From Azolla caroliniana (lineage: Eukaryota; Plantae; Polypodiophyta): a DNA stretch of 18,243 nucleotides. Within the stretch, counting starts at the first letter, position 1. Every line of letters begins with the position of its first letter. A program made the position numbers and the translations under genes. The notes under the pieces are model-generated. The model did not search any database, was not told where the DNA came from, and worked only from the letters and a program-made list of their open reading frames with translations. The DNA lies in contig JBHGNT010000657.1 of the NCBI GenBank assembly GCA_043228905.1, positions 1 through 18,243 of the forward strand. The letters run 5' to 3'. Of the stretch, positions 17,535-18,243 are shown piece by piece.

Positions 17535-18243
17535 GTGTGTACAACTCAAGCGGAACCATGGGGTTCTTGGACCAAGGAGGACGTGAAGGTTGAGATAACA
17601 CGAAGATTACGAGGACATGAAAGTAGGGGAACTCAACACTTAGGAGCGATTAGCACATGGGATTAAGATTAATACACTTGATTAATGCAACTACATGAGA
17701 TTAAGTTCAAAATAAACTCATATTAAGATCTAGATTTAAGATTATATAGAAATTCTTATATAATGTAGGGTTTACAAAAAATACATAGTGAATCAGCACA
17801 ATGGTTGTAACAAGAGGTGATACAATGAACAATTATAAGAGAAGTAGGGATGCTAGCCTGTAGGTTAGTGGCAAGGACCCAAGTTATGCGGTCTTCAATT
17901 AGGATCTCAAATACACAATAATTCGCACTAGTAGTAATATCCACACACAAACGCGTCATCTTTGTCTAGATTTTTCCTTACCACCTTAATTATGTAGTGT
18001 TGAGAATCAAGCTCAACATAGCATAACGTGTGAACACACCTTTCGAGAATCTATGATTACTCAAAGGTCAAGAGTCACACCACTACTCTCTACACATTTC
18101 CCCATGATTATGAGTCTTCACATTCCCCAAGAGAGAGAGTGGTTGTTGTAAGTTAATGAAGAGAGAGGGTGACTCTATATAAAGCACCCTCCTCATACTT
18201 CATACTTAGTCGGTTGTGACTCTTTATTATGCTACATTTCTAA
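17535..18243. mobile_element. AT-rich non-coding sequence, possibly an older LTR (probably minus orientation)
   Basis: It does not visibly continue the LINE reading frame. TATATAAA (18176-18183) lies between the inverted repeats GAGGGTG/CACCCTC, next to short (GA)n runs, which is an LTR-promoter-like layout. No partner LTR is present in the window. Confidence 0.35.

Overview
Eukaryotic (land-plant) nuclear DNA made up mostly of nested retroelements. The style of the PPR motifs suggests a fern or other seed-free plant, but that is inference. From left to right: (1) a frameshifted PLS-class PPR pseudogene on the minus strand (1..~1918, running off the left edge); (2) a decayed RTE-like LINE (+, ~2110..4396) split by a 549-bp, 5'-truncated L1-type LINE 3' end (-, 3324..3872; poly(A) tail, 16-bp TSD); (3) a young GC-rich non-chromovirus Ty3/gypsy element (4409..17530) with 800-bp LTRs differing at 2 positions, a 4-bp ACGT TSD, a tRNA-Trp PBS, and a gag-protease ORF joined to pol by a probable -1 frameshift; (4) an intact Tnt1/Tork-like Ty1/copia element (10591..16377) inserted into the gypsy integrase, with a GAAGG TSD, a tRNA-iMet PBS, one 1357-aa ORF, and 28-bp tandem arrays in both LTRs; (5) an AT-rich tail that may be an old LTR. 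The most notable observations are these. The copia insertion is bounded by GT...AG so that splicing would restore gypsy pol in frame. The copia target site matches a 12-mer near the copia's own LTR end. The two LTR arrays differ in copy number and variant order. CCGG is strongly enriched in the copia. No searches or computations were run; all family calls come from motifs read by eye.
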